IMG/VR virus record: IMGVR_UViG_3300008085_000011
Coordinates: 1-37,478 of that record
DNA: 37,478 bases
Source: a virus
Taxonomy: Duplodnaviria > Caudoviricetes
Reading direction: 5' to 3' (one strand)
The notes beneath the pieces were generated by a model. It worked only from the letters and a program-made list of their open reading frames with translations. It did not search any database and was not told where the DNA came from. The translations under genes were made by a program, and so were the position numbers. Below, piece after piece: positions 8,194 to 16,996 of the stretch. Numbering within the stretch: position 1 is the stretch's first letter; each line of letters starts with the position of its first letter.

Positions 8194-8495
8194 AAGTTCA
8201 TCCTGATTTTTTCAACTCTGAAATCATTAAGAAACCACAAGAGCTTTTTGCAAAGCTCTCGTGGCGTTTGAAATTTCTCAAGCTCTGATCTTTTGAATCC
8301 ATGAATTTCCTCTGCCTCTGTTGAGTAAAATTTATTAAACTCAGGTCTGCAGGTTTCATAAAACTCACCAATCTCAGTGCCATCAATGTCAGTGACAATC
8401 ATGGCAAGAGAAACAATATCATTTCTCATTGGATCAAATCCAGTTGTTTCAACATCAATGAAAAATCTATACTTGTTGTTAAAAAGGGATTTCAT
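8190..8495 (-). CDS. DEDDh 3'-5' exonuclease (DnaQ-like), N-terminal half (ExoI)
   Basis: IDVETTGFD and EAEEIHG motifs; likely ATG at 8495 rather than 8552. Confidence 0.8.
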   Translation of the reverse strand: MKSLFNNKYRFFIDVETTGFDPMRNDIVSLAMIVTDIDGTEIGEFYETCRPEFNKFYSTEAEEIHGFKRSELEKFQTPRELCKKLLWFLNDFRVEKIRMNF

Positions 8496-8973
8496 CAACA
8501 CTTGTCTCTTGGTCATTTTGACTTGTCGGTTTTTTTTCACGATCAACAACATTCAACTCTTTTTTGAGCTTCATGATGTCACCTTTGGCTTTTAAGCCTT
8601 TTAAAGCACTGACTGCACTCTTGTGATCAAGTGTGCCTTTCATGGCACCGCCACCAATCTCATTGATCCATTTGGCAACAGCTCTGATTTTTCCATTCTC
8701 ATCAGTGTCATGCTCAACAACAACTCTCAAATCCTTATTGACATCAAGAGCATCAGAATCAGTGACCAACTCATCAAGATCATTGCCACAAAATCCCATG
8801 ACAAATAATGCCTTGAGAGTGATCTCTCTTGCTTTTCCCTCATTCAGTGATCCAAACCAAGTCAAACCATTGTCAAGTTTAACAAAAATTTGCGGTGCCC
8901 CTGATTTTGTCTCACGCACTCCCCATGATGCAACATGAGCAATGTGATCACCTTGCTTTAAAATTTCCGACAT
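8479..8973 (-). CDS. Putative single-stranded DNA-binding protein (DUF669-like)
   Basis: ETKSG motif, acidic tail ending DEIPF, position after the Sak4-like ATPase. Confidence 0.72.
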   Translation of the reverse strand: MSEILKQGDHIAHVASWGVRETKSGAPQIFVKLDNGLTWFGSLNEGKAREITLKALFVMGFCGNDLDELVTDSDALDVNKDLRVVVEHDTDENGKIRAVAKWINEIGGGAMKGTLDHKSAVSALKGLKAKGDIMKLKKELNVVDREKKPTSQNDQETSVDEIPF

Positions 8974-8989
8974 AAAAAATACTCCTCTG

Positions 8990-9877
8990 TTATTGTGCCA
9001 ACTTGCCTTGCAATTTGGTCATGATTTCCTCAAGTTTTACAAGATTGTTCTCGAATTTTGTCACAGTTTCAAGCACTGTTTTCTTAAAAGTTTCATCCTC
9101 AAATTTTAAAATCAGATCGTCAATTTTTTGACGGATGATCTTAACTTTTTCAGAATCGTCACGCATTGCCAATTGGTCAAATTCTGACCATGACAATGAT
9201 ATTTGCTCGGGCAATCCAAAGCGGTTTTTTGCATCAAATGCAGGTGCGTTTGATGTGTGCAAAACTCTATTGCCATCACTAATAACTGAAACTTTTTTGT
9301 TTGCATCCTTTGTGATATGCACCTCGAGCTTTGCAAAAACTAAAGCGTCAACAGTTTCGGTTATCAAGTCACCTGCTTTGCGGTGCAATTTAAGTTCATA
9401 CCTGTCAAATCCCTCACCTTCGATTGGATCATTGAATTTTTTAATCTGTGCGTGTGCAATCAGGATCACGTTTTTATTTGCCTCTCTCAATTCTTGACAA
9501 TGATTTAAAAATTGTTTCCAATACTCAAGCGCAAAGATATACCCTTTTGCGTAACCAATGTCCTCGATTGATTTTTTACCATGATCCTTTGCCACCATTT
9601 CAAAAATCATTGGTTCAAGGTGATCAAGTGAATCAATCACTATTGTTTGAAACTCATTATTGCGCTTAAGCTCTGCCAATGCCTGAGACATCCCAAGCCA
9701 ATTACTTATGCGCAATCTTGCAACATCCAATTGATCTGTGCCCCTCTCGGTTGCAAGAAAAATTGGCTTTGGTGCATTTGATGCAAATGTTGTTTTCCCA
9801 ACGCCCGATGGCCCATAAATTGCGACAAAATGAGGTGTTTTTTTCACTCCTCTTGTGATCCCTGCAAGTATGCTCAT
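8990..9877 (-). CDS. AAA_24 / Sak4-like ATPase (single-strand annealing)
   Basis: YGPSGVGKTT, TIVIDSLD, ILIAH, AKNR motifs; ATG at 9877 with GAGGAG upstream. Confidence 0.88.
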   Translation of the reverse strand: MSILAGITRGVKKTPHFVAIYGPSGVGKTTFASNAPKPIFLATERGTDQLDVARLRISNWLGMSQALAELKRNNEFQTIVIDSLDHLEPMIFEMVAKDHGKKSIEDIGYAKGYIFALEYWKQFLNHCQELREANKNVILIAHAQIKKFNDPIEGEGFDRYELKLHRKAGDLITETVDALVFAKLEVHITKDANKKVSVISDGNRVLHTSNAPAFDAKNRFGLPEQISLSWSEFDQLAMRDDSEKVKIIRQKIDDLILKFEDETFKKTVLETVTKFENNLVKLEEIMTKLQGKLAQ

Positions 9878-10059
9878 GATGTGTGCTCCTCTAAGAATTT
9901 GCAAACACGATCAATTGCCAATTCTGGCACTGCTTTGTTTTTAATCCAATGCTTGACTGTGCTTGGTGATTTATAACCCATTGCATTTGCAACATATGTT
10001 GCGCCAAATTTTGCAACTGCTTTGTTGAGCGTTTGCATTTTAAATTTTTTACGTTTCAA
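9874..10059 (-). CDS. Cro-like HTH regulator
   Basis: GATYVANAMGYKSPSTVKHW...VP; first gene of the leftward operon; GGGGAG upstream of TTG. Confidence 0.72.
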   Translation of the reverse strand: MKRKKFKMQTLNKAVAKFGATYVANAMGYKSPSTVKHWIKNKAVPELAIDRVCKFLEEHTS

Positions 10060-10108
10060 TTGACTCCCCTTTGTTTACTTTGCGCAATTTTTGACCAATA
10101 ATTGCAAA

Positions 10109-10273
10109 ATGACAAATGAAAAAAAAGAAATAAAAGATTTTAAACATTGGTTTTCAACCATTTATGACAATCCTAAAAAAATAAAACCTCGAAAAAAAGG
10201 TAAAAAGAAACCTTTAGATGAGGCAATTGAGCAAGTGAGGAGAGAAATTGAAAATAACAGTGCAAAAAGTTGA
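10109..10273 (+). CDS. Small basic hypothetical protein
   Basis: Lys-rich ORF divergent from the cro-like gene; ATG at 10109 in frame with the tracked ORF. Confidence 0.5.
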   Translation: MTNEKKEIKDFKHWFSTIYDNPKKIKPRKKGKKKPLDEAIEQVRREIENNSAKS

Positions 10274-10403
10274 TGGCGGTTTTATTTTAAGTGATGGTGA
10301 AAAGTCAGTTGTTGCAAGAAAATATGATCTTTATAAAAAGATGATGCTGATACTTGGTGAGACTGATGAAAAACCCTATCCAAAACCTGACAATATCAAT
10401 TAG
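10248..10403 (+). CDS. Small hypothetical protein, 51 aa (not in ORF track)
   Basis: GAGGAG then TTG; MKITVQKVDGGFILSDGEK...PDNIN*. Confidence 0.6.
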   Translation: MKITVQKVDGGFILSDGEKSVVARKYDLYKKMMLILGETDEKPYPKPDNIN

Positions 10404-10452
10404 TCAAGTGTTAAAAAGTTGAAAAAAATGCCTAAGTGATTCACACTTAAGT

Positions 10453-11208
10453 GTGAGTAAAATTAAAAGAGCTTTGATCATTCCTGATTGTCATCATCCT
10501 TTTGCGGGCCCTGACTATCAATTGATGACTGAAGTCTCTCAAGAAATGGTGCTTGATGAAATTGTCATCCTTGGTGACTTTGTTGATTTTTATGATATTT
10601 CAAGTCATCCAAAATCACCGCAAATCAGTGAGAAACTTTTTGATGAGCTTCATTGTGCAGAGGAAAAGCTCAATGAGTTGAGAAAACTTTTTCCAAATGT
10701 GCCGATATTTTATTGCGAGGGAAACCACGAAAACAGAGTGAGCAGGTTTTTGCAAAACCAAGCACCTCAGTTGTTTGGGATGTTTGACCTCAAATCAATT
10801 TTAAATTTAGATAATAAACAAATATCACTTGTGCCATATGGCCCAAATCAAAAACATTTTGTACTAGGATCAAATCTGATTGCTCGACACGAACCAATTG
10901 GCGGTGGTGTTCATTGTGCTCATAGCACAGTTGTCAAAACACAAACATCAGTCATCTTTGGTCATACTCACAGAATCCAAAAATCAAACATTGTGGCACT
11001 TGGCACAGGCGAGGTTTATGAGGGCATCAGTTGCGGTTGGCTTGGTGATAAAGATCACCCTGTTATGGGTTATGTAAAAAATCACCATCAATGGCAAACA
11101 GGTTGGGCCGTTGTTGATGTCATTGAGGATTTAAACGAATTCCATGTGCAGTTGATTCATGTTAAAAATGGCAGGGCAATGGTTGATGGTGAGTTGTATT
11201 GGTTATGA
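10453..11208 (+). CDS. Calcineurin-like metallophosphoesterase
   Basis: PDCH, GDFVD, GNHE, RH and GHTH metal-binding motifs. Confidence 0.92.
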   Translation: MSKIKRALIIPDCHHPFAGPDYQLMTEVSQEMVLDEIVILGDFVDFYDISSHPKSPQISEKLFDELHCAEEKLNELRKLFPNVPIFYCEGNHENRVSRFLQNQAPQLFGMFDLKSILNLDNKQISLVPYGPNQKHFVLGSNLIARHEPIGGGVHCAHSTVVKTQTSVIFGHTHRIQKSNIVALGTGEVYEGISCGWLGDKDHPVMGYVKNHHQWQTGWAVVDVIEDLNEFHVQLIHVKNGRAMVDGELYWL

Positions 11209-11426
11209 AAAAAGGAAAACTTTATAAAATAAAATTTTTAGATCACTGCAAAGGTCATGATGAGCTTTTGACCTGTGAGGTTGTTGGTTGGATCATAAAT
11301 GCTCGAGGCAATAAAGTATTTATTTCACCTTGGCGAGTTGTTGAAAACGACAAGGAAACCATTGAGCACAATGTTGATCCGTATGCTATTGCAAAAAAAT
11401 TGATTGTTTCATCTATTGAGCTTTGA
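11199..11426 (+). CDS. Hypothetical protein
   Basis: 75-aa beta-rich ORF overlapping the phosphoesterase stop. Confidence 0.65.
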   Translation: MVMKKGKLYKIKFLDHCKGHDELLTCEVVGWIINARGNKVFISPWRVVENDKETIEHNVDPYAIAKKLIVSSIEL

Positions 11427-11696
11427 TTTACATTTCTTGAGATCGTACTTGATTGATTTTAATTCTTTGATAATGGTGATCATTTCTTTTTCACCTTCAA
11501 AATAATCTGTTTGATTGGTGCAAATGTCACCCGATTGGATTGATCTTGTATATTGACGATCCTTTTTCCCTTTTCGTGGATCATCACACCCGAGATTTTT
11601 CTCACTTGATTGAACACAAATCTCTTTTGGCTTGATTAGGTCATCACAACCTGTTGCGAGCATCATTAAGCCTGCGAGCAATATCACTTGCCTCAT
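11409..11696 (-). CDS. Lipoprotein, putative o-spanin (Rz1-like)
   Basis: Signal peptide with lipobox LATG-C, further Cys residues, last gene of the late operon, overlaps the upstream gene. Confidence 0.65.
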   Translation of the reverse strand: MRQVILLAGLMMLATGCDDLIKPKEICVQSSEKNLGCDDPRKGKKDRQYTRSIQSGDICTNQTDYFEGEKEMITIIKELKSIKYDLKKCKSKLNR

Positions 11697-11886
11697 TCTC
11701 TGTGATCCTTGGTTTTAATTTGAGCTCAGTTTCGATTTTTATCAATTCTTTTTCAACCGATGCAACCTTACTGAGCTCATATTTTTTCATTGTCTCATAA
11801 AAAATTGACTCAATTGCCGTTGATAGGTAGTCAACCAAGTGACCTGCAATTTTTCCAAGAAAAACATCAAGCAACTTGGTAAGCAC
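11644..11886 (-). CDS. Putative i-spanin-like or lysis accessory protein
   Basis: Amphipathic N-terminus plus coiled coil; overlaps the lipoprotein gene by 53 nt; a clear transmembrane segment is lacking. Confidence 0.4.
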   Translation of the reverse strand: MLTKLLDVFLGKIAGHLVDYLSTAIESIFYETMKKYELSKVASVEKELIKIETELKLKPRITENEASDIARRLNDARNRL

Positions 11887-11888
11887 AA

Positions 11889-12104
11889 TTAACCAACTTG
11901 GCCGTCAAGTTTATCAATTGCCTCAAGCAAATATGGCTTGATTTGTGGCAAGATAACCAATAAAAGGTCATCATATTTATTTTCTGATTTTTTCACAAGC
12001 TCCTCTGCTACTGTCAAAACAGTTTCGAGCAATTCTTTAAGTGAATCCTCTGCAATGTCCAATCCTTTTGCTTTTAACATTGCAACCAATTGTGCCTTAT
12101 CCAT
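11889..12104 (-). CDS. Hypothetical helical protein in the lysis region
   Basis: 71 aa, GAGG upstream, amphipathic helices. Confidence 0.6.
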   Translation of the reverse strand: MDKAQLVAMLKAKGLDIAEDSLKELLETVLTVAEELVKKSENKYDDLLLVILPQIKPYLLEAIDKLDGQVG

Positions 12105-12107
12105 TTT

Positions 12108-12362
12108 TTACCTCTCAAGTAAATGGTTTATAATTTCGTTCTGACCATTCTCGATGCGCTCCAATCTTTTGTCAACTGTAATCATTGCCTGCTCTGATCT
12201 GGTTTTGAGCTCATTAAACTCTGCCCTTGATGGCGGTGATGATATAAACGCATTGAAAAAAATGGTTGCGAAAAGCAAACCAATGCCACCAACCATTGTG
12301 ATGAAAATGTTTTCCCATGTCAAAACTTTGACACCATCATCATCATGTTGCTTTTTTGTCAT
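12108..12362 (-). CDS. Single-TM coiled-coil protein, holin-like
   Basis: TM segment IFITMVGGIGLLFATIFF, then coiled coil RLERIENGQ; first gene after the tail module. Confidence 0.5.
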   Translation of the reverse strand: MTKKQHDDDGVKVLTWENIFITMVGGIGLLFATIFFNAFISSPPSRAEFNELKTRSEQAMITVDKRLERIENGQNEIINHLLER

Positions 12363-12801
12363 ATAAACTCACAGTGTATTTTTGACCATCAAGCTCTGTG
12401 CCCTCAGGCACAAGGAATTGAGGGCGTTTGCTTTTGCTTGAATAGTAAATACCCGAAACACTCGCAGGCCCAATGACCTGATCACCACTTGATAAGATTC
12501 TTTCATGCGATCCTGTCACAAGAGTTTCATCATAGTCTACACTTGATTTATAACGTATGATTGCACCACCAAATGATGTGACGTTGACCTTGCAGGCAAA
12601 TGGCGTTGAGACTGTTAAAAGCACGCCTGCACCAAGAGAGGCATTTGATATGACCTCAGGGCGTTTCCATGCAATGTTGCCATCAATGTAAAAATCAGAA
12701 TCAATGAGATCAAGCGTCACAACTGCATATTGGCCCAACGGCACAACAAATATGCCTGACTTGGCCTGTGTTGATATCGGTTTATTCTCAGGATATTTCA
12801 T
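12343..12801 (-). CDS. Putative tail tip / receptor-binding protein, paralog B
   Basis: Beta-rich; shares motifs with 12788..13333; ATG at 12801 matches the paralog alignment. Confidence 0.55.
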   Translation of the reverse strand: MKYPENKPISTQAKSGIFVVPLGQYAVVTLDLIDSDFYIDGNIAWKRPEVISNASLGAGVLLTVSTPFACKVNVTSFGGAIIRYKSSVDYDETLVTGSHERILSSGDQVIGPASVSGIYYSSKSKRPQFLVPEGTELDGQKYTVSLYDKKAT

Positions 12802-13333
12802 TATAAAGTGCCACCGTATATCTATTGCCATTCAACAATTGTTGAGACTTAACCCAAAAGCCTGCACCACTGGCATCACCGTTGTTTACATAATGACCTG
12901 AGACTGCGCACCTACCAATATTTGTGACATAAACCTGATCTCCACTTGATAAAACTCTTTGAACACTACCAGAAATTGACGGTTGGTTTGTCGAAACTGA
13001 TGCAATTTTCTCAATATAGTCAGGACTTGACTTGTATTTTATACCAATAAAAATTGGATTTGTTGGACTTGAGTTTGTCCTGTAAAAAATTGTCACTAAT
13101 GCGCTTTTTCCGTTTGGCACAGTGAAAACAGGTTGATCACCACCGCCATTGCCAGAATAATTTGCACTTATTGTGCGGTTTTCAGTCACAATATTGCCAT
13201 CAATTGTGAAGTTTTGTTGATCACAGTCAGGGATCACATAGGCATATTTTCCAACAGGGATTTGATATGATCCTGTTTTAACCTCAACTGAGATTGGATT
13301 AAAGTCAAACGGTTGCACAATTGGTGAGCTCAT
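12788..13333 (-). CDS. Putative tail tip / receptor-binding protein, paralog A
   Basis: Beta-rich 181 aa at the end of the tail module. Confidence 0.55.
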   Translation of the reverse strand: MSSPIVQPFDFNPISVEVKTGSYQIPVGKYAYVIPDCDQQNFTIDGNIVTENRTISANYSGNGGGDQPVFTVPNGKSALVTIFYRTNSSPTNPIFIGIKYKSSPDYIEKIASVSTNQPSISGSVQRVLSSGDQVYVTNIGRCAVSGHYVNNGDASGAGFWVKSQQLLNGNRYTVALYNEIS

Positions 13334-13848
13334 TAGTTAATTTCTCCAATTAAGTAAACTTGAAATTTTCCGATTGGCACAGGCAGTGCGGTGATGTCTA
13401 GTCGCAAAAATTCACCTGCAACAACAGTGCTTTGGTTTTGATCAAAGACCATATTGGTTGATTCATCAAAATCTTGCGTGCCAATATCATTCAAATCAAT
13501 TGATGGTTTTATTTGAAAAACAGATTGAAAATTTAACGGATCAAGGTCTGATGATTTTTTTACATCAAACTCCAATAGGCCAGTTGATGCACCTTTTTCA
13601 AAAATGACAACACGAGCATCAAGCAATGTAAAATTTGCAGGTGATTTCCAAATATTTAAACCTGTCAAAGAGGTTGCATTGTTTCTTATTTTTACGGTTG
13701 CATCAAATATGACAATTTTATTTGCACCCGCTTCAAGTGTTGTGGTGCGTGTGTTCAGGTCGTCAATATTCCCAATGATTTTTGTAAAAAGTTCTTTTCG
13801 GATTGCCTTGCCAACATTGTAAAGCGTTGTTGATATCGTTTGAAACAT
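13333..13848 (-). CDS. Putative tail protein
   Basis: Short coiled coil followed by a beta-sandwich-like region; tail context. Confidence 0.55.
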   Translation of the reverse strand: MFQTISTTLYNVGKAIRKELFTKIIGNIDDLNTRTTTLEAGANKIVIFDATVKIRNNATSLTGLNIWKSPANFTLLDARVVIFEKGASTGLLEFDVKKSSDLDPLNFQSVFQIKPSIDLNDIGTQDFDESTNMVFDQNQSTVVAGEFLRLDITALPVPIGKFQVYLIGEIN

Positions 13849-13854
13849 TGTTTT

Positions 13855-16419
13855 TCATCCTATCAAGTTTGTGCCCCAATCGGCCTCATCGTTGCCTGCA
13901 AGCTCGGTTATATCGTCAACTATATAGCCATTCTTGATTTTCTCATTTTCTTGAGCAATTGCAAAGTCACTGGCATCATCAGGAGTCACAGTTGCAACCC
14001 TGTTGAATTGATTTGCCAAATCAGAAAACTCAACCGTTGTTGTCTCACCATCTCTTTGAATTTTTGAGATAATACCAATTTTCTTGCGGTCTGCACTTGA
14101 ACCTAGTCTGGAATATAACCGATCAAGTGACAACCAAATTTTATCATTGATATTTTTGAGGGCCAAATTGAGCTTTGATGTCACTTTTACAACTGACTGC
14201 GTTAAGCTGTAAATTAGCGCATATCGCTCTGCAACCGTTGTTGCCTCGCTTGGATTGTATAAATAAAGGTCAACAACCTTTTCATTTTTTGATCCAATTA
14301 AATTATCAACAAAACTGTTTGTGTATTCTGTTACAACTGCACCTGCCTCGCCTGTAAAGCGATCGGCATCAAAATGCGCATAGTTTGCTTGGATTTTTCT
14401 GTAAATTTCACTTGTGGTTTGCACTGAAAATGAGCTTTGACCAATGAGATCATCGTCACCCAACTCATCCAAGTCTTGAGGTCGATCAGGAGTGAGCACA
14501 TCAAAGCTGATTTTAAAATCTGACCTTGATACAAGTGATCCAAAAACGCTCTTGTTAATTAAAGAGATCACCTCTCTGATAATTGGCGCCTCGGTGTCAT
14601 CATAATTTAATGGCAATTTCATGCTGATAACATAGTCAGCAATTTGGCGTGACTCATCAAAGCGATCAAGATCAATATTTTCAAAACCTGCCATTTCCAA
14701 AAGATCAAGCACTGCATCGGATGCGGTTTTAATCCATTTACCTGATGAGGTTTCTTTTCCAATGCAATCACAAACAACTTGAGAGTCATCAATGATGTAT
14801 GCGATATTTTTCTTGAGTGTATTTGTGGCAATTATATTTGCGCCATCATATTGAGTGCGCAAGATTAAGGTTGTTTCATTTTCAATCTCTAATATTTCAT
14901 ACCAATCAGTGTGGTTGATGTCATCCGACCTAATCCAATCTCTTGCTGAAAAATCCTCAACAAAGTTTGTGCCTATACCAATCACGATGCGTGATCCATT
15001 TTGAAATGTGACATTTGTGCCATTTACTTTTTTAGGATTTGTGATATTAAACTCTGCTTTTTCATCAAGTGTCAGAGTTGCTTGCGCAAGATTGCTGATT
15101 GAATAGTCACGATCAATCAAAAAACTTGTGCCATTGAAATAAAGGTCTCTCATTGGTGATTTTGTTAATTGATCACCGATGTTTGGTAAATTATCCAAAT
15201 TTTGAAATAAAATAATTGTGTCACCACTAATGCGCTTGATCCTGACTGACTCGCCATTGATTGAAACAATATCATTGACAAAAAAGTCATCAATCTGATC
15301 AACTCTCAATCTGTTTAATTGCACCGACTCAACAACTGTTGCAACAGGATCACGCAACTTGTGATCTGCAATGAAGAATTTTCTGTTTTTAAATCTGTAA
15401 GGTGTCTTTGGCTTAAGTGTTAAAGTTTGGTTGACAATCTGAGTTTCAAGCTCCTCTGATATTTCAATTTCAGTGTCTGAGATAACTTTGTTTATTTTAA
15501 AGTCAAGAGTTTCAAACTGAGTGACAATCTCAATGTTGTCATCGGGCGTGCAGTCTTTTAAGAATGTTGTGCCAATGCCTGTGATTGTTTGACTGCCAAT
15601 TGATCCTGAGACTGTGCCATCAACAACAAATCCACCAAGCACTTGATCAAGAGATTGCAAAAGTACGCCATTTGTTTGGCCATATAAAATGCGCTTGAAA
15701 TGATTTTTTGCATCCTTTGAAACAATGCCATCAGCATCAGTAAAAAGTGACAATGCAACTGGTTGGCGCAATTTATAAACAAAGTCTTTGACTCTAAATG
15801 AAACCTTTGTGTCAGTGAAACTTTTTGAGTCAATGTCACCATCAAAAACAAGTCTTGCCTCTGAAAATGGCGTGTTTGGAAACCATGAGTAAATTGTGAC
15901 TCTCTTGTTTTCCCAAAATAAGCGGTCAAATATAGGATCAAAAAAACCGCCTGTATTTACAAAAGAAATTTGCCCCTCACTTTCAAGGGAAATCCCTAAT
16001 TGCTCACTGCTATCAATCTCTTGATTAAAGGCACTTGTGTCATCAATTATGCCCTCATAATAGACTTGATCACCATCATTGCTCAAATCCCATGACAAAA
16101 CAAAAGGGCCGTTGGCAAAAAATAGCCTGTATGTTGCAGTCATAAATGACTCTTGAGGATTTGAGTCATCACTCATGCGCACATAAATTGTTTTGTTGTT
16201 ATAGTCAAAAAACCACTCACCCTGATCAAGTGCCAAGGTTTCAGCACGATCAAGAAAAACAGAGTTTGCCATGAGCTTAATCACATAGTGATCAACCTTG
16301 CGTGAGTAAATTGCACCTGTTTCATATGTCCAAAGGATGAGTTTTTGCACAGGTTCAATGTGCGCAAGCACTGCCTTTTCACTGACTGATTTCTGCGACT
16401 CATTTTGATATGTACTCAT
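13855..16419 (-). CDS. Large tail tip / hub protein
   Basis: 854 aa, acidic and beta-rich; repeated GS.T/I.GIGT.F motif; position in the tail module. Confidence 0.7.
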   Translation of the reverse strand: MSTYQNESQKSVSEKAVLAHIEPVQKLILWTYETGAIYSRKVDHYVIKLMANSVFLDRAETLALDQGEWFFDYNNKTIYVRMSDDSNPQESFMTATYRLFFANGPFVLSWDLSNDGDQVYYEGIIDDTSAFNQEIDSSEQLGISLESEGQISFVNTGGFFDPIFDRLFWENKRVTIYSWFPNTPFSEARLVFDGDIDSKSFTDTKVSFRVKDFVYKLRQPVALSLFTDADGIVSKDAKNHFKRILYGQTNGVLLQSLDQVLGGFVVDGTVSGSIGSQTITGIGTTFLKDCTPDDNIEIVTQFETLDFKINKVISDTEIEISEELETQIVNQTLTLKPKTPYRFKNRKFFIADHKLRDPVATVVESVQLNRLRVDQIDDFFVNDIVSINGESVRIKRISGDTIILFQNLDNLPNIGDQLTKSPMRDLYFNGTSFLIDRDYSISNLAQATLTLDEKAEFNITNPKKVNGTNVTFQNGSRIVIGIGTNFVEDFSARDWIRSDDINHTDWYEILEIENETTLILRTQYDGANIIATNTLKKNIAYIIDDSQVVCDCIGKETSSGKWIKTASDAVLDLLEMAGFENIDLDRFDESRQIADYVISMKLPLNYDDTEAPIIREVISLINKSVFGSLVSRSDFKISFDVLTPDRPQDLDELGDDDLIGQSSFSVQTTSEIYRKIQANYAHFDADRFTGEAGAVVTEYTNSFVDNLIGSKNEKVVDLYLYNPSEATTVAERYALIYSLTQSVVKVTSKLNLALKNINDKIWLSLDRLYSRLGSSADRKKIGIISKIQRDGETTTVEFSDLANQFNRVATVTPDDASDFAIAQENEKIKNGYIVDDITELAGNDEADWGTNLIG

Positions 16420-16996
16420 TCAACCTCGCATCCATTATTTTAAACCATAAAGGCGGGAAAAGAGAAATGATTGCACATAAAAAAAGATTGTAAGGCAATT
16501 TTGGAGTGCTCTTTTTTGCAATCATTTCTGACAATTTGCAACTCGGTGCAACATGATGAGTTGAATGAGCATCAGCATTTGCATAAGCCCATGACATCCA
16601 TGAGTGTTTATTTTCCCAAGCAATCCGAGGGAATCCCAATTTCTCAAGGCCATAGTGATGACAATAATTAAAAACTCTCATCCAAATACCAGAAAATATG
16701 CAAAAAGGCATAATTTTAAAGCCTGTTAATATGTGAAAAAGCACAAAAAATAAAAATTGAAAAACTGCACCATCCATTTCAATCCAAATGTTGATCAGGA
16801 TGTTTTTATAAACACTCTCACCCTTTGTCGGATGGCCAAAATCATTTGGAGTGTTTGCAACTGCGTGATGCAATTTGTGCAACTCATTAAATCTAAAAAT
16901 AAAAAAAGGTGCAAATAGATAGTCAACTTTAAATCCACGATGATGCAAATGATGCAACCATGCAAGCAGAGGTGAAAATAAACTAAATACGAGCAT
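16400..16996 (-). CDS. AlkB-like membrane di-iron oxygenase / fatty acid desaturase family protein (N-terminally short)
   Basis: His boxes HHLHHR, HKLHH, NYCHHYGL, HSTHH, plus TPND...GESVY, HSW and PPLWFKIMDARL, in the order seen in alkane 1-monooxygenases. Confidence 0.82.
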   Translation of the reverse strand: MLVFSLFSPLLAWLHHLHHRGFKVDYLFAPFFIFRFNELHKLHHAVANTPNDFGHPTKGESVYKNILINIWIEMDGAVFQFLFFVLFHILTGFKIMPFCIFSGIWMRVFNYCHHYGLEKLGFPRIAWENKHSWMSWAYANADAHSTHHVAPSCKLSEMIAKKSTPKLPYNLFLCAIISLFPPLWFKIMDARLNEYISK

